Assembly: GCA_025355725.1 (NCBI GenBank)
Contig: JANXZC010000079.1
Span: forward strand, 2,680-66,679
Direction of reading: 5' to 3'
Length of the DNA stretch: 64,000 nucleotides
DNA from: Syntrophus sp. (in: bacteria)
GTDB taxonomy: Bacteria > Desulfobacterota > Syntrophia > Syntrophales > UBA8958
Shown here: positions 25,231 through 37,691 of the stretch, one piece after another
How positions within the stretch are numbered: the stretch's first letter is position 1
Layout of the letters: every line of letters starts with the position of its first letter
Made by a program: the position numbers and the translations under genes
Notes under the pieces: generated by a model
What the model was told of the DNA's origin: nothing
The model's database searches: none
What the model saw: only the letters and a program-made list of their open reading frames with translations

Positions 25231-25446
25231 ATGGTAAACTTGATGGATAAAATCAAGATTTGGATTGACAAAATTAAAGTGTTTCTTTCCGAGGCAAAAG
25301 TAGAGCTGAGAAAAGTGACTTGGCCGACGCCGAAACAGACTTTCGCTTCGACTTCAATCGTGATTGTTGTGGTCGCCATTGTTTCTGTGTTTCTCGGGAT
25401 TGTCGATTTTGGCCTGACCAAATTAATCAAATTGTTACTGGGATAA
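25231..25446 (+). CDS. secE: Preprotein translocase subunit SecE
   Basis: ELRKVTWPTPKQT followed by a single TM segment, in the conserved position before nusG. An alternative start is ATG 25243. Confidence 0.85.
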   Translation: MVNLMDKIKIWIDKIKVFLSEAKVELRKVTWPTPKQTFASTSIVIVVVAIVSVFLGIVDFGLTKLIKLLLG

Positions 25447-25450
25447 GAAC

Positions 25451-25981
25451 ATGGCTCAGAGATGGTACGTTGTGCACACCTATTCCGGTTATGAGAACAA
25501 GGTCAAGCTTTCTCTCAGGGAACGCATTGATGCGGCTGGGAAGCAGGACTTTTTTACGGATGTCCTGATCCCGGAGGAAGACATTGTCGAACTTGTTTCC
25601 GGGGAAAAAAAGACGTCCAAACGGAAGTTCTTCCCCGGATATATCCTCGTGCGGATGGAGCTGAATGACGAGACGTGGCATATTGTCAAAGATACACCGA
25701 AGGTAACCGGTTTTATTGGCGGGAAAGAAAAGCCTTTTCCCATCCCCGACCGGGATGTTGAAGTTCTTCGTACCCGGATCGATGAAGGCACACTCAAGCC
25801 GAAACCAAAGTTCAAGTTCGAAGTCAGCGACCATGTCCGTATCATCGATGGACCCTTTACCAACTTTGACGGCGTCATTGATGAAGTCAAACCGGAGAAG
25901 GGGAAGCTGCGAGTCATCGTCAGTATTTTTGGAAGATCCACACCGGTGGAGCTGGATTTTATCCAGGTTGTCCAGAATTAA
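25451..25981 (+). CDS. nusG: Transcription termination/antitermination factor NusG
   Basis: [14 protein letters not shown], the NGN domain and a KOW domain ([15 protein letters not shown]). Confidence 0.95.
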   Translation: MAQRWYVVHTYSGYENKVKLSLRERIDAAGKQDFFTDVLIPEEDIVELVSGEKKTSKRKFFPGYILVRMELNDETWHIVKDTPKVTGFIGGKEKPFPIPDRDVEVLRTRIDEGTLKPKPKFKFEVSDHVRIIDGPFTNFDGVIDEVKPEKGKLRVIVSIFGRSTPVELDFIQVVQN

Positions 25982-26007
25982 AATCTTCATAAATAAGGTG
26001 GAAAACT

Positions 26008-26433
26008 ATGGCGAAAAAGGTAATTGCAAACATAAAACTGCAGATCAAGGCAGGTAAGGCGACTCCTTCCCCGCCGATCGGACCAGCCCTTGGCCAGCAT
26101 GGTGTGAACATCATGGAGTTCTGCAAGGCGTACAATGCCATGACCCAGAGCCAGGAGGGCACGGTTATACCGGTGGTGATCACCGTTTATGCCGACCGAT
26201 CCTTCACGTTTGTGACGAAGACGCCCCCGGCATCAGTGCTGATAAAGCAAGCGGCAAAAATTGCCAAAGGATCAGGAAATCCGAATAAAGAGAAGGTGGG
26301 GACGGTGACGTCCATACAGATCAGGGAGATAGCGGAACAGAAGTTCAATGATCTTAATGCCGTGGATATAGAAGGCGCCATAAGGATCATTGAGGGCACG
26401 GCGCGTTCCATGGGCATTACAATCGAGGGATAA
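26008..26433 (+). CDS. rplK: 50S ribosomal protein L11
   Basis: [34 protein letters not shown]. Confidence 0.95.
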   Translation: MAKKVIANIKLQIKAGKATPSPPIGPALGQHGVNIMEFCKAYNAMTQSQEGTVIPVVITVYADRSFTFVTKTPPASVLIKQAAKIAKGSGNPNKEKVGTVTSIQIREIAEQKFNDLNAVDIEGAIRIIEGTARSMGITIEG

Positions 26434-26457
26434 ACTCACGTTGTTTGAGGTTTGATC

Positions 26458-27156
26458 ATGACAAATAGAGGCAAAGCATTTATTGAGGCAAGGGAGAAGG
26501 TGGAACCGGGGAAACGCTATTTGATTAGGGAGGCAATCGAACTTTTGATTGGCGCAACGAGGGCCAAGTTCGATGAGACGGTGGAAATTGCCTTGCGTTT
26601 AGGCGTCAATCCCCAGCATGCTGATCAGATGGTTCGGGGCAGCGTAGTTCTTCCTAACGGTTTGGGCAAGACGGTCCGGGTGCTGGCTTTTGTTAAGGGG
26701 GACAAAGAGAGAGAAGCCCTCGATGCTGGTGCGGATTTTGCCGGAGCGGACGACTTGATTGAAAAGATCAAGGGAGGATGGATGGATTTTGACCGGGTGG
26801 TTGCGACCCCTGATATGATGGGAAGTGTCGGAAAACTGGGAAAGATTCTGGGTCCAAGGGGTCTCATGCCCAATCCGAAGGTGGGAACGGTAACGTTTGA
26901 AGTGGCCAAGGCCGTGGCGGAACTCAAGGCGGGTAAAGTAGAGTTTCGCGTCGAGAAGGCCGGCATTGTTCATACCCCGGTGGGAAAGGTCTCCTTTGGC
27001 GCCGATAAACTTCTGGAGAATATTGCCGCTGTTGTTGAAACCATCATCAAGCTGAAGCCGGCCGCAAGCAAGGGAACCTACCTGAGGAGCATTTCCCTTT
27101 CTTCGACCATGGGTCCGGGGGTTAAGGTCGATCCCCTAGATGTGAGAAATATATAA
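26458..27156 (+). CDS. rplA: 50S ribosomal protein L1
   Basis: [37 protein letters not shown] at 26458 is 7 nt after GAGG; the track ORF starts at TTG 26452. Confidence 0.95.
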   Translation: MTNRGKAFIEAREKVEPGKRYLIREAIELLIGATRAKFDETVEIALRLGVNPQHADQMVRGSVVLPNGLGKTVRVLAFVKGDKEREALDAGADFAGADDLIEKIKGGWMDFDRVVATPDMMGSVGKLGKILGPRGLMPNPKVGTVTFEVAKAVAELKAGKVEFRVEKAGIVHTPVGKVSFGADKLLENIAAVVETIIKLKPAASKGTYLRSISLSSTMGPGVKVDPLDVRNI

Positions 27157-27387
27157 AGTCCGCAGTAGATAGCTCAATTGTTTGCTAACTAAGTCTGAGA
27201 CAGCAGGTACAGGTGTTTAAACGGTATTAGCGGGCCTGCCGAGACGAGAGAAAAACCATGATTAAAATTGGTCATCATCGTCTTTTTTTCCTGTTACCTG
27301 TAGTCTTGGAACTTTCGGTTGCGCAGGGCCTGTTGGATGATAGGATACCAGCCAGGCGACAATAGACACACGAAAGGAGGTTGAAGA
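27157..27387 (+). promoter_or_regulatory. rplJ (L10) leader with long-range helix, candidate autoregulatory leader RNA
   Basis: A 231-nt untranslated gap. AGACagCAGGTACAGG (27198-27213) pairs with CCTGTtACCTGtaGTCT (27290-27306), enclosing a T7 run at 27283-27289. Confidence 0.35.
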
Positions 27388-27912
27388 TTGGATCGAAAGG
27401 AAAAAGAACAGGTTATTGCAGAACTTCACGAAAAGCTGAAAGAATTTAAACTTGCGGTTCTTGCCGGTTACTCGGGAATGGATGTAGCTCGCATTACAGC
27501 CTTGCGCGTAGCCCTGCGTAAGTCTGGTTCCGACATTCATGTGATCAAGAATACTCTGCTGCGAATAGCTTCGCAGGGAACAGATTTTAGCGCCATGAAT
27601 GAGCATGTCAAGGGGCCGTTGGCTCTGATTATGACAGACAGGGATGTAGCGGAACCGATTAAGGTGCTTGTGGAGTTTGCAAAGAAGAATGCTGAACTGG
27701 AGATCAAGGCGGCCATGTTGGCGGGAAAGGTGTTGAGCAGGGAGCAGGTTAATGCCGTCGCTACTCTGCCCAGCCGCGAGGTACTCCTGTCAAGGCTGTT
27801 ATCGGTACTCATCGGTGTTCCGACAGGTTTGGTGAGCGTATTGAGTGCTTTGCCCCGAGGCATGGTACAGGTTCTAGACGCCTACCGTATGAAAAAAGAA
27901 TCAGCACAATAA
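27388..27912 (+). CDS. rplJ: 50S ribosomal protein L10
   Basis: The TTG start is 7 nt after AAGGAGG. The family pattern is present (AVLAGYSGMDVARITALR) and the gene sits before rplL. Confidence 0.9.
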   Translation: MDRKEKEQVIAELHEKLKEFKLAVLAGYSGMDVARITALRVALRKSGSDIHVIKNTLLRIASQGTDFSAMNEHVKGPLALIMTDRDVAEPIKVLVEFAKKNAELEIKAAMLAGKVLSREQVNAVATLPSREVLLSRLLSVLIGVPTGLVSVLSALPRGMVQVLDAYRMKKESAQ

Positions 27913-27940
27913 ATTATAATACAGGAAGGAAGAAGCGAAG

Positions 27941-28330
27941 ATGGCAAGTCAGATAACCAAAGAAGACGTGGTAAAGTTTATTGAAGAAATGACAGTCCTT
28001 GATCTTTCCGAGTTGGTCAAGGAATTGGAGCAGCGGCTTGGTGTTTCTGCCGCGGCCCCGATGATGGTTGCCGCAGCCGCTCCGGCGGGTGGTGATGCAG
28101 CAGCGCAAGTGGAGGAAAAAATAGAATTCGATGCCATCCTGACCGGGTTTGGCGACCAGAAAATTCAGGTCATCAAGGTTGTCAGGGCCATTACGGGTCT
28201 GGGCCTGAAAGAAGCTAAAGACCTTGTCGATGGTGTGCCTAAACCAATTAAAGAAGCGGTCTCAAAGGATGAGGCGGCGGATATAAAGAAGAAGATTGAA
28301 GAAGTCGGCGGCACCGTAGAGGTTAAGTAG
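27941..28330 (+). CDS. rplL: 50S ribosomal protein L7/L12
   Basis: An Ala-rich hinge, then [25 protein letters not shown]. Confidence 0.95.
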   Translation: MASQITKEDVVKFIEEMTVLDLSELVKELEQRLGVSAAAPMMVAAAAPAGGDAAAQVEEKIEFDAILTGFGDQKIQVIKVVRAITGLGLKEAKDLVDGVPKPIKEAVSKDEAADIKKKIEEVGGTVEVK

Positions 28331-28376
28331 TAACCTCCATGACGGCTTATTGAGATCGCGAAACCGAAAGGATAAT

Positions 28377-31300
28377 ATGGGCGAGTTTCGAAAAATTTTC
28401 GGACGGATAAGGAAGATCGTAGATATTCCCAATTTGATCGATATCCAGGTCAAATCATATGAAAAATTCCTCCAGATGGATACACTTTCTGAGAAACGGG
28501 GGAATTTCGGTCTTCAGGGGGCCTTTAAGAGTGTCTTTCCCATTTCCGACTACAGCAAGAAATGTTCTCTTGAATTCGTTAGTTACAAGATTGGCGGGGT
28601 TCGCTACGATGTCAAGGAGTGCATTCAGAAGGGAATGAGCTATGCAGCCCCACTGAAGATAGTGGTAAGGCTGCTTATCTTTGATGTCGATCCGGGTACG
28701 GGTCAGAAGCAGATCAGTAATATCAAGGAGCAGGAAATTTATTTCGGTGAAATTCCTTTAATGACCGAAAACGGGACGTTTATCGTTAATGGAACGGAAC
28801 GGGTCATTGTCAGCCAGCTCCATCGCTCCCCGGGTATCTTCTTCGATCACGACAAAGGGAAAACTCTGGCCAGTGGGAAACTGATCTATTCGGCCCGGGT
28901 GATCCCCATTCGGGGGTCCTGGCTGGACCTGGAGTTCGATTCGAAGGATATTCTTTTTGTGCGTATCGACCGCAGACGTAAAATGCCGGTCACGATCCTG
29001 CTTAAGGCCATGGGCAATTCAACAGAATTCATCCTGAATTATTTTTACAGCATTGAAACAATATTCCTGGATGAGGAACAGTTTTTCATGGCTGTAGATG
29101 GATCGCTCATGGGCGAGAAGGCCCCTGATGACATAAAGGATCTCAAATCGGGAGAGATTATTGTAAAAAAGGGCAGAAAAATCAACAAGGTGTTGTTGAA
29201 GAAGATGTCTGAACTGGGGGTTAACCGCATTGCCATGGATGAAGCCGATGTTATCGGCAAGATCCTTTCCTCTGACATCCTGGATCCTGAGACAGGGGAG
29301 GTCCTGCTTCGGTGTAACGAAGAGCTTGACCGGGACGGCCTGAAACTCTTGCGGGCGAAAAATATCAAAGAAGCCCGTTTCATCCATCTCGACGAGGAGC
29401 GTGCCAATGCCTCGATCCGCGATACCCTCCTGGCTGACCGGATCGAAGCTGTGGAAGATGCCGTCATCGAAATCTATCGGCGCCTCCGGCCCAGCAATCC
29501 GCCTACACCTGAGACGGCCAATACCTTTTTCCGGAGCCTCTTTTTTGAACCGGAAACCTATGATCTGTCCGATGTTGGCCGCGCCAAGATGAATTATAAG
29601 CTCCGTCTCGATGTCCCCACGGATGTTACAGTCCTGAGAAAAGAAGATATCATGGCGGCGGTAAAATACCTCATCGAGCTGAAGAACGGCGGTGGTGATT
29701 ACAGTGTTGACGATATCGATCATCTTGGCAACCGGCGGGTGAGGTCCGTGGGGGAACTGATCGAAAATCAATATCGTATCGGTTTGGTCCGGATGGAAAG
29801 GGCCATCAAGGAAAAGATGAGCTTACAAGATATTGAGACGATGATGCCCCATGATCTTGTCAACGCCAAGCCGGTTTCGGCCGTGGTAAACGAGTTTTTT
29901 GGCAGCAGTCAGTTGTCTCAGTTCATGGATCAGACCAATCCCTTATCAGAGATTACCCATAAACGAAGGCTTTCCGCCCTTGGTCCGGGCGGGCTCACCA
30001 GAGAGAGGGCGGGATTTGAAGTCCGGGATGTCCATCCTACCCACTACGGGCGTATTTGTCCTGTGGAGACGCCGGAAGGACCCAACATCGGTCTGATTGT
30101 TTCCCTGAGTACCTATGCCAGGGTTAACGAGTTCGGTTTTATTGAAACCCCTTATCGCCTTGTCGAGGACGGACGGGTTCTGGATGAAGTCCGCTACATG
30201 ACGGCCATCGAAGAGGAAAATTTTATTGTTGCCCAGGCGGATCGTCCTCTCGATAAAGAGGGAAGGTTTATCGGCGAGATGATCTCTGCCCGCAAGGGCG
30301 GTGATTTTATCACCGTCGAACCCTCCGATATCAACTATATGGATGTTTCCCCCAATCAACTGGTAAGTGTTGCGGCAACGCTTATCCCCTTTCTTGAGCA
30401 CGATGACGCCAACCGGGCGCTCATGGGATCAAACATGCAGCGACAGGCTGTGCCGCTCATGCGCCCCGCCGTTCCGCTGGTCGGTACGGGGATGGAAGCG
30501 ATTGTAGCGAGAGATTCCGGCGCCGTTGTGGCGGCAAAAAGGGATGGGGTAGTGGAAACTGTCGATGCCTCGCGAATCGTCATAAAATGTGACGGCGCGG
30601 AGGACGATAACCTGGATATCGGGGTGGATATCTATAATCTGATCAAATATCAACGCTCCAATCAGGATACCTGCTTTAACCAGAAACCTATTGCCGTCAA
30701 AGGTGAACGGGTGCGCCGGGGTGATATTATCGCCGACGGTCCCGCCACGGATAACGGCGAACTGGCCTTGGGGCGGAATGTCATGGTGGCCTTCATGTCC
30801 TGGGGGGGGTATAACTATGAAGATTCCATATTAGTCAGCGAGCGGGTGGTCAAGGAAGATATCTACACCTCGATTCATATTGAAGAATTCGAGACCATGG
30901 CCCGGGATACAAAGCTGGGGAAAGAGGAGATAACCAGGGACATACCGAACGTGGGCGAAGAGGCCCTGAAGAACCTTGATGACAGCGGCATCGTTCGGAT
31001 GGGTGTTTCCGTCAAGCCGGGCGATATCCTGGTAGGAAAGATTACACCCAAGGGAGAGACCCAGTTATCCTCAGAAGAAAAATTGCTCCGGGCGATCTTT
31101 GGAGAAAAAGCCAGTGATGTCAGAGACACATCCCTCCGGGTGCCTCCCGGGGTAGAGGGGACGGTTATTGATGCCAAGATCTTCACCCGTAAGGGAGTTG
31201 AGAAGGATCATCGCTCCCAGGAAATAGAAGAGGAAGCCCTGGCCTCGATTGAAAAGGACCGAACTGATGAAATCCGGATTATTCTCGATTCCGTGCGGCT

Positions 31301-32462
31301 CAGAATCTCGGAGATGCTTACAGGTAAGACAACGGCTGCCAAGCTCGCCGATGCAAAGAAGAAGGTCTATCTAAAAAAGGGAGATGTGGTTACCAGTGAG
31401 CTTTTAGATAAGATACCCTTCGACCTGTGGAAGGATATCGCCCTTGTCGAGGCTGAAGAGACGGAAGAAAAGATCCGCATGCTCCATGAAAATCTGGCCC
31501 GGAAGACCGATCTTATCGATGAATATTTTAAGGAGAAGGTCGAGAAACTGAAGGCCGGCGACGAGCTGCCCCCCGGTGTAATTAAAATGGTGAAGGTCTA
31601 TGTGGCCATCAAGAGGAAGCTATCCGTGGGAGACAAAATGGCCGGTCGTCACGGGAACAAAGGGGTACTTTCCCGTATCCTGCCGGAAGAGGATATGCCC
31701 TTCTTTACGGATGGAACCCAGGTGGATATCGTGCTTAATCCCCTAGGTGTTCCCTCACGAATGAATGTGGGCCAGATTCTGGAAACCCATCTGGGATGGG
31801 CGGCCAAGGGCCTGGGTGACAAAATAAACCAGATGTTGAAAACCCAGGAGAATCTGGAACTGGTTAAGAAGGAGCTCAAGGCGATCTATGCATCGGCGGA
31901 GTGTGAAAATTTTGTAAACGCCGCCACAGACGATGAAATACAACGACTTGTTTACCGGTTGAAAAGTGGGGTGGCGTTTTCAACGCCTGTCTTTGACGGC
32001 GCCGACGAAAGCGAAATCCGTCACATGCTCAAGACGGCAAATCTTCCTGAGAAGGGACAGACGGTGCTGTTCGATGGCAGGACGGGAGAGCCCTTTGATC
32101 AGGAGATTACCGTAGGAATGATCTACATGCTGAAGCTCCATCACCTGGTAGACAACAAGATCCATGCCCGTTCCATCGGGCCGTACTCTCTGGTTACCCA
32201 GCAGCCCTTAGGGGGCAAGGCGCAGTTCGGTGGACAGCGCTTGGGCGAGATGGAAGTATGGGCCATGGAGGCTTACGGCGCCGCCTATTCCCTCCAGGAA
32301 TTTTTGACGGTGAAATCGGACGACGTGGCGGGTAGAACGAGAATGTACGAGGCCATCGTCAAAGGGGAACATTCCCTGGAACCGGGCCTGCCGGAGTCCT
32401 TCAACGTACTCGTCAAGGAACTCCAGAGCCTCTGCCTGGACGTCGAACTAATCGAGGAATAA
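28377..32462 (+). CDS. rpoB: DNA-directed RNA polymerase subunit beta
   Basis: Conserved blocks include [24 protein letters not shown] and [16 protein letters not shown] at 28377; the track ORF begins at TTG 28350. Confidence 0.97.
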   Translation: MGEFRKIFGRIRKIVDIPNLIDIQVKSYEKFLQMDTLSEKRGNFGLQGAFKSVFPISDYSKKCSLEFVSYKIGGVRYDVKECIQKGMSYAAPLKIVVRLLIFDVDPGTGQKQISNIKEQEIYFGEIPLMTENGTFIVNGTERVIVSQLHRSPGIFFDHDKGKTLASGKLIYSARVIPIRGSWLDLEFDSKDILFVRIDRRRKMPVTILLKAMGNSTEFILNYFYSIETIFLDEEQFFMAVDGSLMGEKAPDDIKDLKSGEIIVKKGRKINKVLLKKMSELGVNRIAMDEADVIGKILSSDILDPETGEVLLRCNEELDRDGLKLLRAKNIKEARFIHLDEERANASIRDTLLADRIEAVEDAVIEIYRRLRPSNPPTPETANTFFRSLFFEPETYDLSDVGRAKMNYKLRLDVPTDVTVLRKEDIMAAVKYLIELKNGGGDYSVDDIDHLGNRRVRSVGELIENQYRIGLVRMERAIKEKMSLQDIETMMPHDLVNAKPVSAVVNEFFGSSQLSQFMDQTNPLSEITHKRRLSALGPGGLTRERAGFEVRDVHPTHYGRICPVETPEGPNIGLIVSLSTYARVNEFGFIETPYRLVEDGRVLDEVRYMTAIEEENFIVAQADRPLDKEGRFIGEMISARKGGDFITVEPSDINYMDVSPNQLVSVAATLIPFLEHDDANRALMGSNMQRQAVPLMRPAVPLVGTGMEAIVARDSGAVVAAKRDGVVETVDASRIVIKCDGAEDDNLDIGVDIYNLIKYQRSNQDTCFNQKPIAVKGERVRRGDIIADGPATDNGELALGRNVMVAFMSWGGYNYEDSILVSERVVKEDIYTSIHIEEFETMARDTKLGKEEITRDIPNVGEEALKNLDDSGIVRMGVSVKPGDILVGKITPKGETQLSSEEKLLRAIFGEKASDVRDTSLRVPPGVEGTVIDAKIFTRKGVEKDHRSQEIEEEALASIEKDRTDEIRIILDSVRLRISEMLTGKTTAAKLADAKKKVYLKKGDVVTSELLDKIPFDLWKDIALVEAEETEEKIRMLHENLARKTDLIDEYFKEKVEKLKAGDELPPGVIKMVKVYVAIKRKLSVGDKMAGRHGNKGVLSRILPEEDMPFFTDGTQVDIVLNPLGVPSRMNVGQILETHLGWAAKGLGDKINQMLKTQENLELVKKELKAIYASAECENFVNAATDDEIQRLVYRLKSGVAFSTPVFDGADESEIRHMLKTANLPEKGQTVLFDGRTGEPFDQEITVGMIYMLKLHHLVDNKIHARSIGPYSLVTQQPLGGKAQFGGQRLGEMEVWAMEAYGAAYSLQEFLTVKSDDVAGRTRMYEAIVKGEHSLEPGLPESFNVLVKELQSLCLDVELIEE

Positions 32463-32479
32463 AGTTAAGGAGAGCATGC

Positions 32480-35400
32480 GTGGAAGACGTATTCACCTAC
32501 TTTGAAAAACCAAAGGATCCCGTCCGCTTCAATGCGATCCGGATTTCTATTGCTTCGCCGGAAAAGATTCTCTCTTGGTCGACGCGGCCGAATACCAACG
32601 GCGAGGTCAAAAAACCGGAGACAATCAATTATCGAACATTCAAACCTGAGAAGGATGGATTGTTCTGCGCCAAGATCTTCGGACCTGTCAAGGACTATGA
32701 GTGTCTCTGCGGCCGTTACAAACGGATGAAACACCGGGGCGTTATCTGTGAGAAGTGCGGAGTGGAAGTCATTCAGTCCAAGGTGCGCCGGGAAAGGTTG
32801 GGGCATATCAAGCTTGCCACCCCCGTGGCGCATATCTGGTTCCTGAAGAGCCTGCCCAGCAGGATCGGTAACGTCCTCGATCTCACCCTCAAAGAACTCG
32901 AGAAGGTCCTCTACTTTGAAGCGTGGATTGTCATGGATCCCAAGGGCACTTCTCTGAAGAAGAAGGAGCTGCTGTCGGAGGAGGAAGTCCATGAGCTCAA
33001 AGAGCAATATGGTGAAGACGCCTTCAGTGTGGGTATTGGCGCTGAGGCGGTCCGAAAACTTCTCGAAGAATTGAATCTGGTCAATCTGGATGCGGAACTG
33101 CGCGAGGAATTGAAGACGGCCGTATCGGACACGAAAAAGAAGAAGCTTGTCAAGAGACTTAAGGTTGTGGAGGCACTGAAGAAATCGGGAAACAAACCGG
33201 AATGGATGGTTCTCACCGTTCTTCCCGTCATTCCGCCCGACCTGCGTCCCCTCGTTCCTCTCGATGGTGGTCGCTTTGCGACATCTGATCTCAATGATCT
33301 CTACCGGCGGGTGATCAACCGTAATAACAGGCTGAAGCGCCTCATGGAACTCAATGCCCCGGAGATCATTATCCGTAATGAAAAGCGAATGCTCCAGGAA
33401 GCTGTAGACGTCCTGTTCGATAATGGACGCCGGGGACGGGCGATAACAGGCACCAACAAGCGCCCCCTCCGCTCCCTGTCCGACATGCTCAAGGGAAAAC
33501 AGGGACGCTTCCGCCAAAATCTACTGGGCAAGCGGGTGGACTACTCAGGTCGTTCCGTTATCACCGTGGGGCCGGATTTGCGGCTGCACCAATGCGGTCT
33601 TCCCAAGCAGATGGCCTTGGAGCTGTTTAAGCCATTTGTCTATAATCGTCTTATGGAAAAGGGTTATGTAACGACCGTTAAAAGCGCCAAGAAAATGGTG
33701 GAACGCGAACCATCGGAAGTATGGGACGCCCTGGATGAGGTTGTCCGGGAATACCCTGTAATGCTGAACCGAGCTCCCACCCTGCACCGTTTGGGAGTCC
33801 AGGCCTTTGAACCGATTCTCATTGAAGGTAAGGCCATTCAACTCCACCCCTTGGTCTGTACCGCTTTTAATGCTGATTTTGACGGCGATCAAATGGCAGT
33901 CCATGTTCCCCTGTCTATCGAAGCACAGACGGAAGCCCGGGTATTGATGATGTCCACGAACAACATCCTGTCTCCCGCAAACGGTAAACCGATCATTATC
34001 CCGAGCCAGGATATCGTTCTCGGGATCTATTATCTTACCCGGTCAAAAGCCGACGTGCGCGGGACGGGGATGGTTTTTTCCGATCCCGAGGAGGTGCGGA
34101 GGGCACTGGATGCCGGCAGCGTGGATCTACATGCGCGAATTGTGGTCAGGTTAAACGGGGAGAGGAAGGAAACTACGGTCGGGCGGATGATGCTCTATGA
34201 GGTTATTCCGGAAGGCATTTCTTTTGATCTCGTCAACAAGGTAATGAACAAGAAGGAACTTGCCAATCTCATCGATTACAGCTACCGGACATGTGGAGCG
34301 AAAACTACCGTCCTTTTGGCAGATCGCCTCAAAGACTTGGGCTTCAAATATGCCACCACTTCAGGAGCCTCCATTGCCATTCACAATATGGTTGTTCCCG
34401 ACAATAAAAAGGAGATCGTGGGAAGGGCCGACAAGGACGTTCTAAAAATTCAGAAGCAATACATGGATGGTCTGATCACGGATGGAGAACGGTATAATAA
34501 GGTCATTGATATCTGGGCGCAGGCAACTGAAAAGATCGCCGTGGAAATGATGAGTGGTATCGCCACGACTGAGACTACAACCGTTTCAGGGGAAAAGAGA
34601 CGGTCTGATAGTTTCAACCCGATTTTCATGATGGCAGATTCCGGAGCGCGGGGATCGGCCGTTCAAATCCGCCAGTTGGCGGGTATGCGCGGTCTGATGG
34701 CCAAACCCTCGGGGGAAATCATCGAAACGCCGATTACCGCCAATTTCCGAGAGGGACTAACGGTTCTCCAATACTTCATCTCCACTCACGGCGCCAGAAA
34801 GGGTCTTGCCGATACCGCGCTGAAGACAGCCAATTCAGGATATTTAACCAGAAGGCTTGTGGATGTTGCCCAGGATTGCATAATTAGCGAAGAGGATTGC
34901 GGGACCATCGATGGCATTTACGTCTCTGCCCTCATGGAAGGTGGAGAGATCATTGAAACAGCCGGAGAGCGTGTCCTGGGAAGGGTTGTCCTGGAAGAAA
35001 TAGCCGATCCCTTTACGGGAGAAATACTTGTCCATGCAAACGAAGCAATCGACGAGGCTTTGTCGGAAAGAATTGACCGCGCCGGTATTGAGAGGGTCAA
35101 CATTCGCTCCGTTCTCACCTGCAAGTCCAGGCATGGCACCTGTGCTATGTGCTATGGTCGGGATCTTGCCCACGGTCATATTGTCAATATCGGTGAAGCA
35201 GTCGGCATTATCGCCGCCCAATCCATCGGGGAGCCGGGTACGCAGTTGACCATGAGAACGTTCCATATTGGTGGGACGGCGAAATTTGATGAGCATTCCA
35301 CCCTCCAGGCCAGACATGACGGTACAGTCAAGTTCGTGAGCCTCTCTACGGTCAAGATCCTGAACGGAGATCTTGTCGTAATGAATCGTAATGGTGAGGT

Positions 35401-36667
35401 CCACGTCCTTGATGATCAGGGGCGAAACCGCGGGAAATATACTGTCCCTTATGGGGCGCATCTTAAGGTCAAGGAGGGAGATATTGTTTACGGTCCCCGG
35501 AAAGATGCCAAAACAGGCCAGGAAAGACAGGCGACCCTGATTGCCGAGTGGGATCCCTTCTCTATCCCGATCCTTGCTGAGGTCGACGGTATAATCAAAT
35601 ACGGCGACATTATCGAGGGTAAATCCATGCAAGAACAGGTCGATGAAGTGACCGGCCTTTCCCGTAAGGTGGTCGTCGAATCCAAGGGAACGGATATGCG
35701 ACCCCGGGTATCGATCAAAGACAAGAAAGGCAGAACGGCTAAGGTTCCCGGCACGGCTATGGTTGCCCGTCACCTTTTGCCGGTGGGGGCCAATATCGTT
35801 GTATCGGAAGGATACCAGGCCAGTGCCGGAGATATTATCGCCAAAATCCCCCGGGAGACAACCAAGACCAAGGATATTACCGGCGGTCTTCCCCGGGTAG
35901 CCGAGCTGTTTGAAGCTAGAAAACCAAAAGAATACGCCGTGATCAGTGAAATCAAAGGGGTTGTGTCGTATGGCAAGGACGCCAAGGGTAAGAGAAAGGT
36001 TATTGTCACGCCGGACAGCGGCGAGGATAAGGAATACCTTATCCCCAAGGGTAAGCATGTCAGCGTTCAGGAAGGCGACCGGGTAATGGAAGGGGAGCCC
36101 CTGATGGATGGCGTTAATAACCCCCATGACCTTTTGTCGATTAAAGGTGAAAAGGAACTGGCCCGTTATCTTGTCGATGAGGTTCAGGAGGTCTACCGAC
36201 TCCAGGGCGTTAAGATTAACGATAAACATATAGAAGTTATCGTCCGCCAGATGCTCAGGCGAATAAAGATCGTCGATCCGGGGGATACTACTTTTATTGC
36301 CGATGAACAAGTTGAGCGGTATCGATTTCAGGAAGAGAATGGGCGTGTGGCTGCGGAGGGGGGAAGACCGGCAATCGGTAAACCCATTCTGTTGGGTATT
36401 ACCAAGGCCTCCCTGTCAACCCAGAGCTTCATTTCCGCCGCTTCCTTCCAGGAGACCACGCGGGTGCTGACGGAGGCAAGTCTGGCTGGCAAAACGGATT
36501 ATCTCCGTGGTCTGAAGGAAAACGTCATTATGGGACGTCTGATTCCTGCGGGTACGGGATTGCCCATGTACCGGAAACTCGGCATAAAAACGCTTGCTGA
36601 AGATCCGATGGTACTCGAAAGCCGGGAGGTGGAAGGAATTTTGGATGAGAAAATGCTTGACATATGA
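32480..36667 (+). CDS. rpoC: DNA-directed RNA polymerase subunit beta'
   Basis: Zn-binding [20 protein letters not shown] and catalytic NADFDGDQM. The GTG start follows AAGGAGAG. Confidence 0.97.
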   Translation: MEDVFTYFEKPKDPVRFNAIRISIASPEKILSWSTRPNTNGEVKKPETINYRTFKPEKDGLFCAKIFGPVKDYECLCGRYKRMKHRGVICEKCGVEVIQSKVRRERLGHIKLATPVAHIWFLKSLPSRIGNVLDLTLKELEKVLYFEAWIVMDPKGTSLKKKELLSEEEVHELKEQYGEDAFSVGIGAEAVRKLLEELNLVNLDAELREELKTAVSDTKKKKLVKRLKVVEALKKSGNKPEWMVLTVLPVIPPDLRPLVPLDGGRFATSDLNDLYRRVINRNNRLKRLMELNAPEIIIRNEKRMLQEAVDVLFDNGRRGRAITGTNKRPLRSLSDMLKGKQGRFRQNLLGKRVDYSGRSVITVGPDLRLHQCGLPKQMALELFKPFVYNRLMEKGYVTTVKSAKKMVEREPSEVWDALDEVVREYPVMLNRAPTLHRLGVQAFEPILIEGKAIQLHPLVCTAFNADFDGDQMAVHVPLSIEAQTEARVLMMSTNNILSPANGKPIIIPSQDIVLGIYYLTRSKADVRGTGMVFSDPEEVRRALDAGSVDLHARIVVRLNGERKETTVGRMMLYEVIPEGISFDLVNKVMNKKELANLIDYSYRTCGAKTTVLLADRLKDLGFKYATTSGASIAIHNMVVPDNKKEIVGRADKDVLKIQKQYMDGLITDGERYNKVIDIWAQATEKIAVEMMSGIATTETTTVSGEKRRSDSFNPIFMMADSGARGSAVQIRQLAGMRGLMAKPSGEIIETPITANFREGLTVLQYFISTHGARKGLADTALKTANSGYLTRRLVDVAQDCIISEEDCGTIDGIYVSALMEGGEIIETAGERVLGRVVLEEIADPFTGEILVHANEAIDEALSERIDRAGIERVNIRSVLTCKSRHGTCAMCYGRDLAHGHIVNIGEAVGIIAAQSIGEPGTQLTMRTFHIGGTAKFDEHSTLQARHDGTVKFVSLSTVKILNGDLVVMNRNGEVHVLDDQGRNRGKYTVPYGAHLKVKEGDIVYGPRKDAKTGQERQATLIAEWDPFSIPILAEVDGIIKYGDIIEGKSMQEQVDEVTGLSRKVVVESKGTDMRPRVSIKDKKGRTAKVPGTAMVARHLLPVGANIVVSEGYQASAGDIIAKIPRETTKTKDITGGLPRVAELFEARKPKEYAVISEIKGVVSYGKDAKGKRKVIVTPDSGEDKEYLIPKGKHVSVQEGDRVMEGEPLMDGVNNPHDLLSIKGEKELARYLVDEVQEVYRLQGVKINDKHIEVIVRQMLRRIKIVDPGDTTFIADEQVERYRFQEENGRVAAEGGRPAIGKPILLGITKASLSTQSFISAASFQETTRVLTEASLAGKTDYLRGLKENVIMGRLIPAGTGLPMYRKLGIKTLAEDPMVLESREVEGILDEKMLDI

Positions 36668-36740
36668 TCATCTTATTGGTAATAAACCGACCTTTGCGGT
36701 ACCTGTCTGAAGAGACAGCTGAAGCTTTTTTGGAGGAACA

Positions 36741-37112
36741 ATGCCAACGATAAACCAGTTGGTCCGGAAGGGAAGGACCAAGATAGAGGGAAAGACGAAA
36801 ACACCGGCCCTTGCCGGCTCCCCGCAGCGTCGGGGAGTCTGTGTACGGGTCTATACATCGACGCCCAAAAAGCCGAACTCGGCGCTAAGAAAGGTGGCCA
36901 GAGTTCGCCTGACGAGTGGATACGAGGTAACTTCCTATATCCCGGGCGTGGGTCACAATCTTCAGGAGCACTCGGTGGTCCTGGTCCGGGGGGGCAGAGT
37001 CAAGGATCTTCCCGGAGTGCGCTATCACATTGTCCGTGGAACCCTTGATGCGGTAGGCGTTCAGGGCAGAAAACAGGGAAGATCCAAATACGGCGCCAAA
37101 AAGCCGAGCTAA
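36741..37112 (+). CDS. rpsL: 30S ribosomal protein S12
   Basis: [12 protein letters not shown]...[14 protein letters not shown]. Confidence 0.97.
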   Translation: MPTINQLVRKGRTKIEGKTKTPALAGSPQRRGVCVRVYTSTPKKPNSALRKVARVRLTSGYEVTSYIPGVGHNLQEHSVVLVRGGRVKDLPGVRYHIVRGTLDAVGVQGRKQGRSKYGAKKPS

Positions 37113-37128
37113 ACGGGGTTAGATCATC

Positions 37129-37599
37129 ATGCCGAGAAGACGAGAAGTAACAAAAAGGGAGATCATTCCGGATCCCAAGTATCATAACAAGATGGTGGCC
37201 CAGTTCGTCAACAATCTTCTGAAGCAGGGAAAGAAAAGTACCGCTGAGTCGATTCTCTATGGAGCCCTTGATCTTATTGAAAAAAGGATCAAAGAATCCC
37301 CCGTGGATGTTTTTGAAAAGGCATTGAATAATGTGAAACCGGTGATTGAGGTCAAATCGAGAAGAGTCGGCGGATCTACTTACCAGGTTCCCACCGAGGT
37401 CCAACCATCACGACGGGTTGCCCTGGCTATCCGCTGGTTGATTACCCATGCTAAAGAGCGGACGGATAAGACGATGAGGGAAAAACTGGCAGCGGAGCTA
37501 ATCGATGCGGCCAACAATAGAGGGGCGGCTATTAAGAAGCGGGAAGCCGTTCATAAAATGGCGGAGGCCAACAAGGCATTTGCCCACTATCGGTTTTGA
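37129..37599 (+). CDS. rpsG: 30S ribosomal protein S7
   Basis: [18 protein letters not shown]...AHYRF. Confidence 0.97.
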   Translation: MPRRREVTKREIIPDPKYHNKMVAQFVNNLLKQGKKSTAESILYGALDLIEKRIKESPVDVFEKALNNVKPVIEVKSRRVGGSTYQVPTEVQPSRRVALAIRWLITHAKERTDKTMREKLAAELIDAANNRGAAIKKREAVHKMAEANKAFAHYRF

Positions 37600-37691
37600 T
37601 GCAGGGTTTAATTTTAATATAGGATAGTCCAAGAGCAAAGGGTCGTAAACATATAAGATATTTTTTCAAAAGACGAAGGAGGTAAGTAGAG

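Noticed and set aside
32465-36310. Long minus-strand ORFs (350 aa at 32465-33517 and 488 aa at 34844-36310) antisense to rpoC. Similar cases are 29019-29771 in rpoB, 23489-24349 in the cysK-cysS fusion, 58125-58850 over rplM/rpsI and 18365-19150 over pyrF.
   Set aside because: They are antisense shadows of universally conserved genes, with no family resemblance.
36703-36731. The small hairpin CTGTCTgaagAGACAG followed by a T6 run between rpoC and rpsL was considered as a terminator.
   Set aside because: The stem is only 6 bp and is separated from the T run by 7 nt. The T run abuts the rpsL RBS. It is at best a weak pause site.
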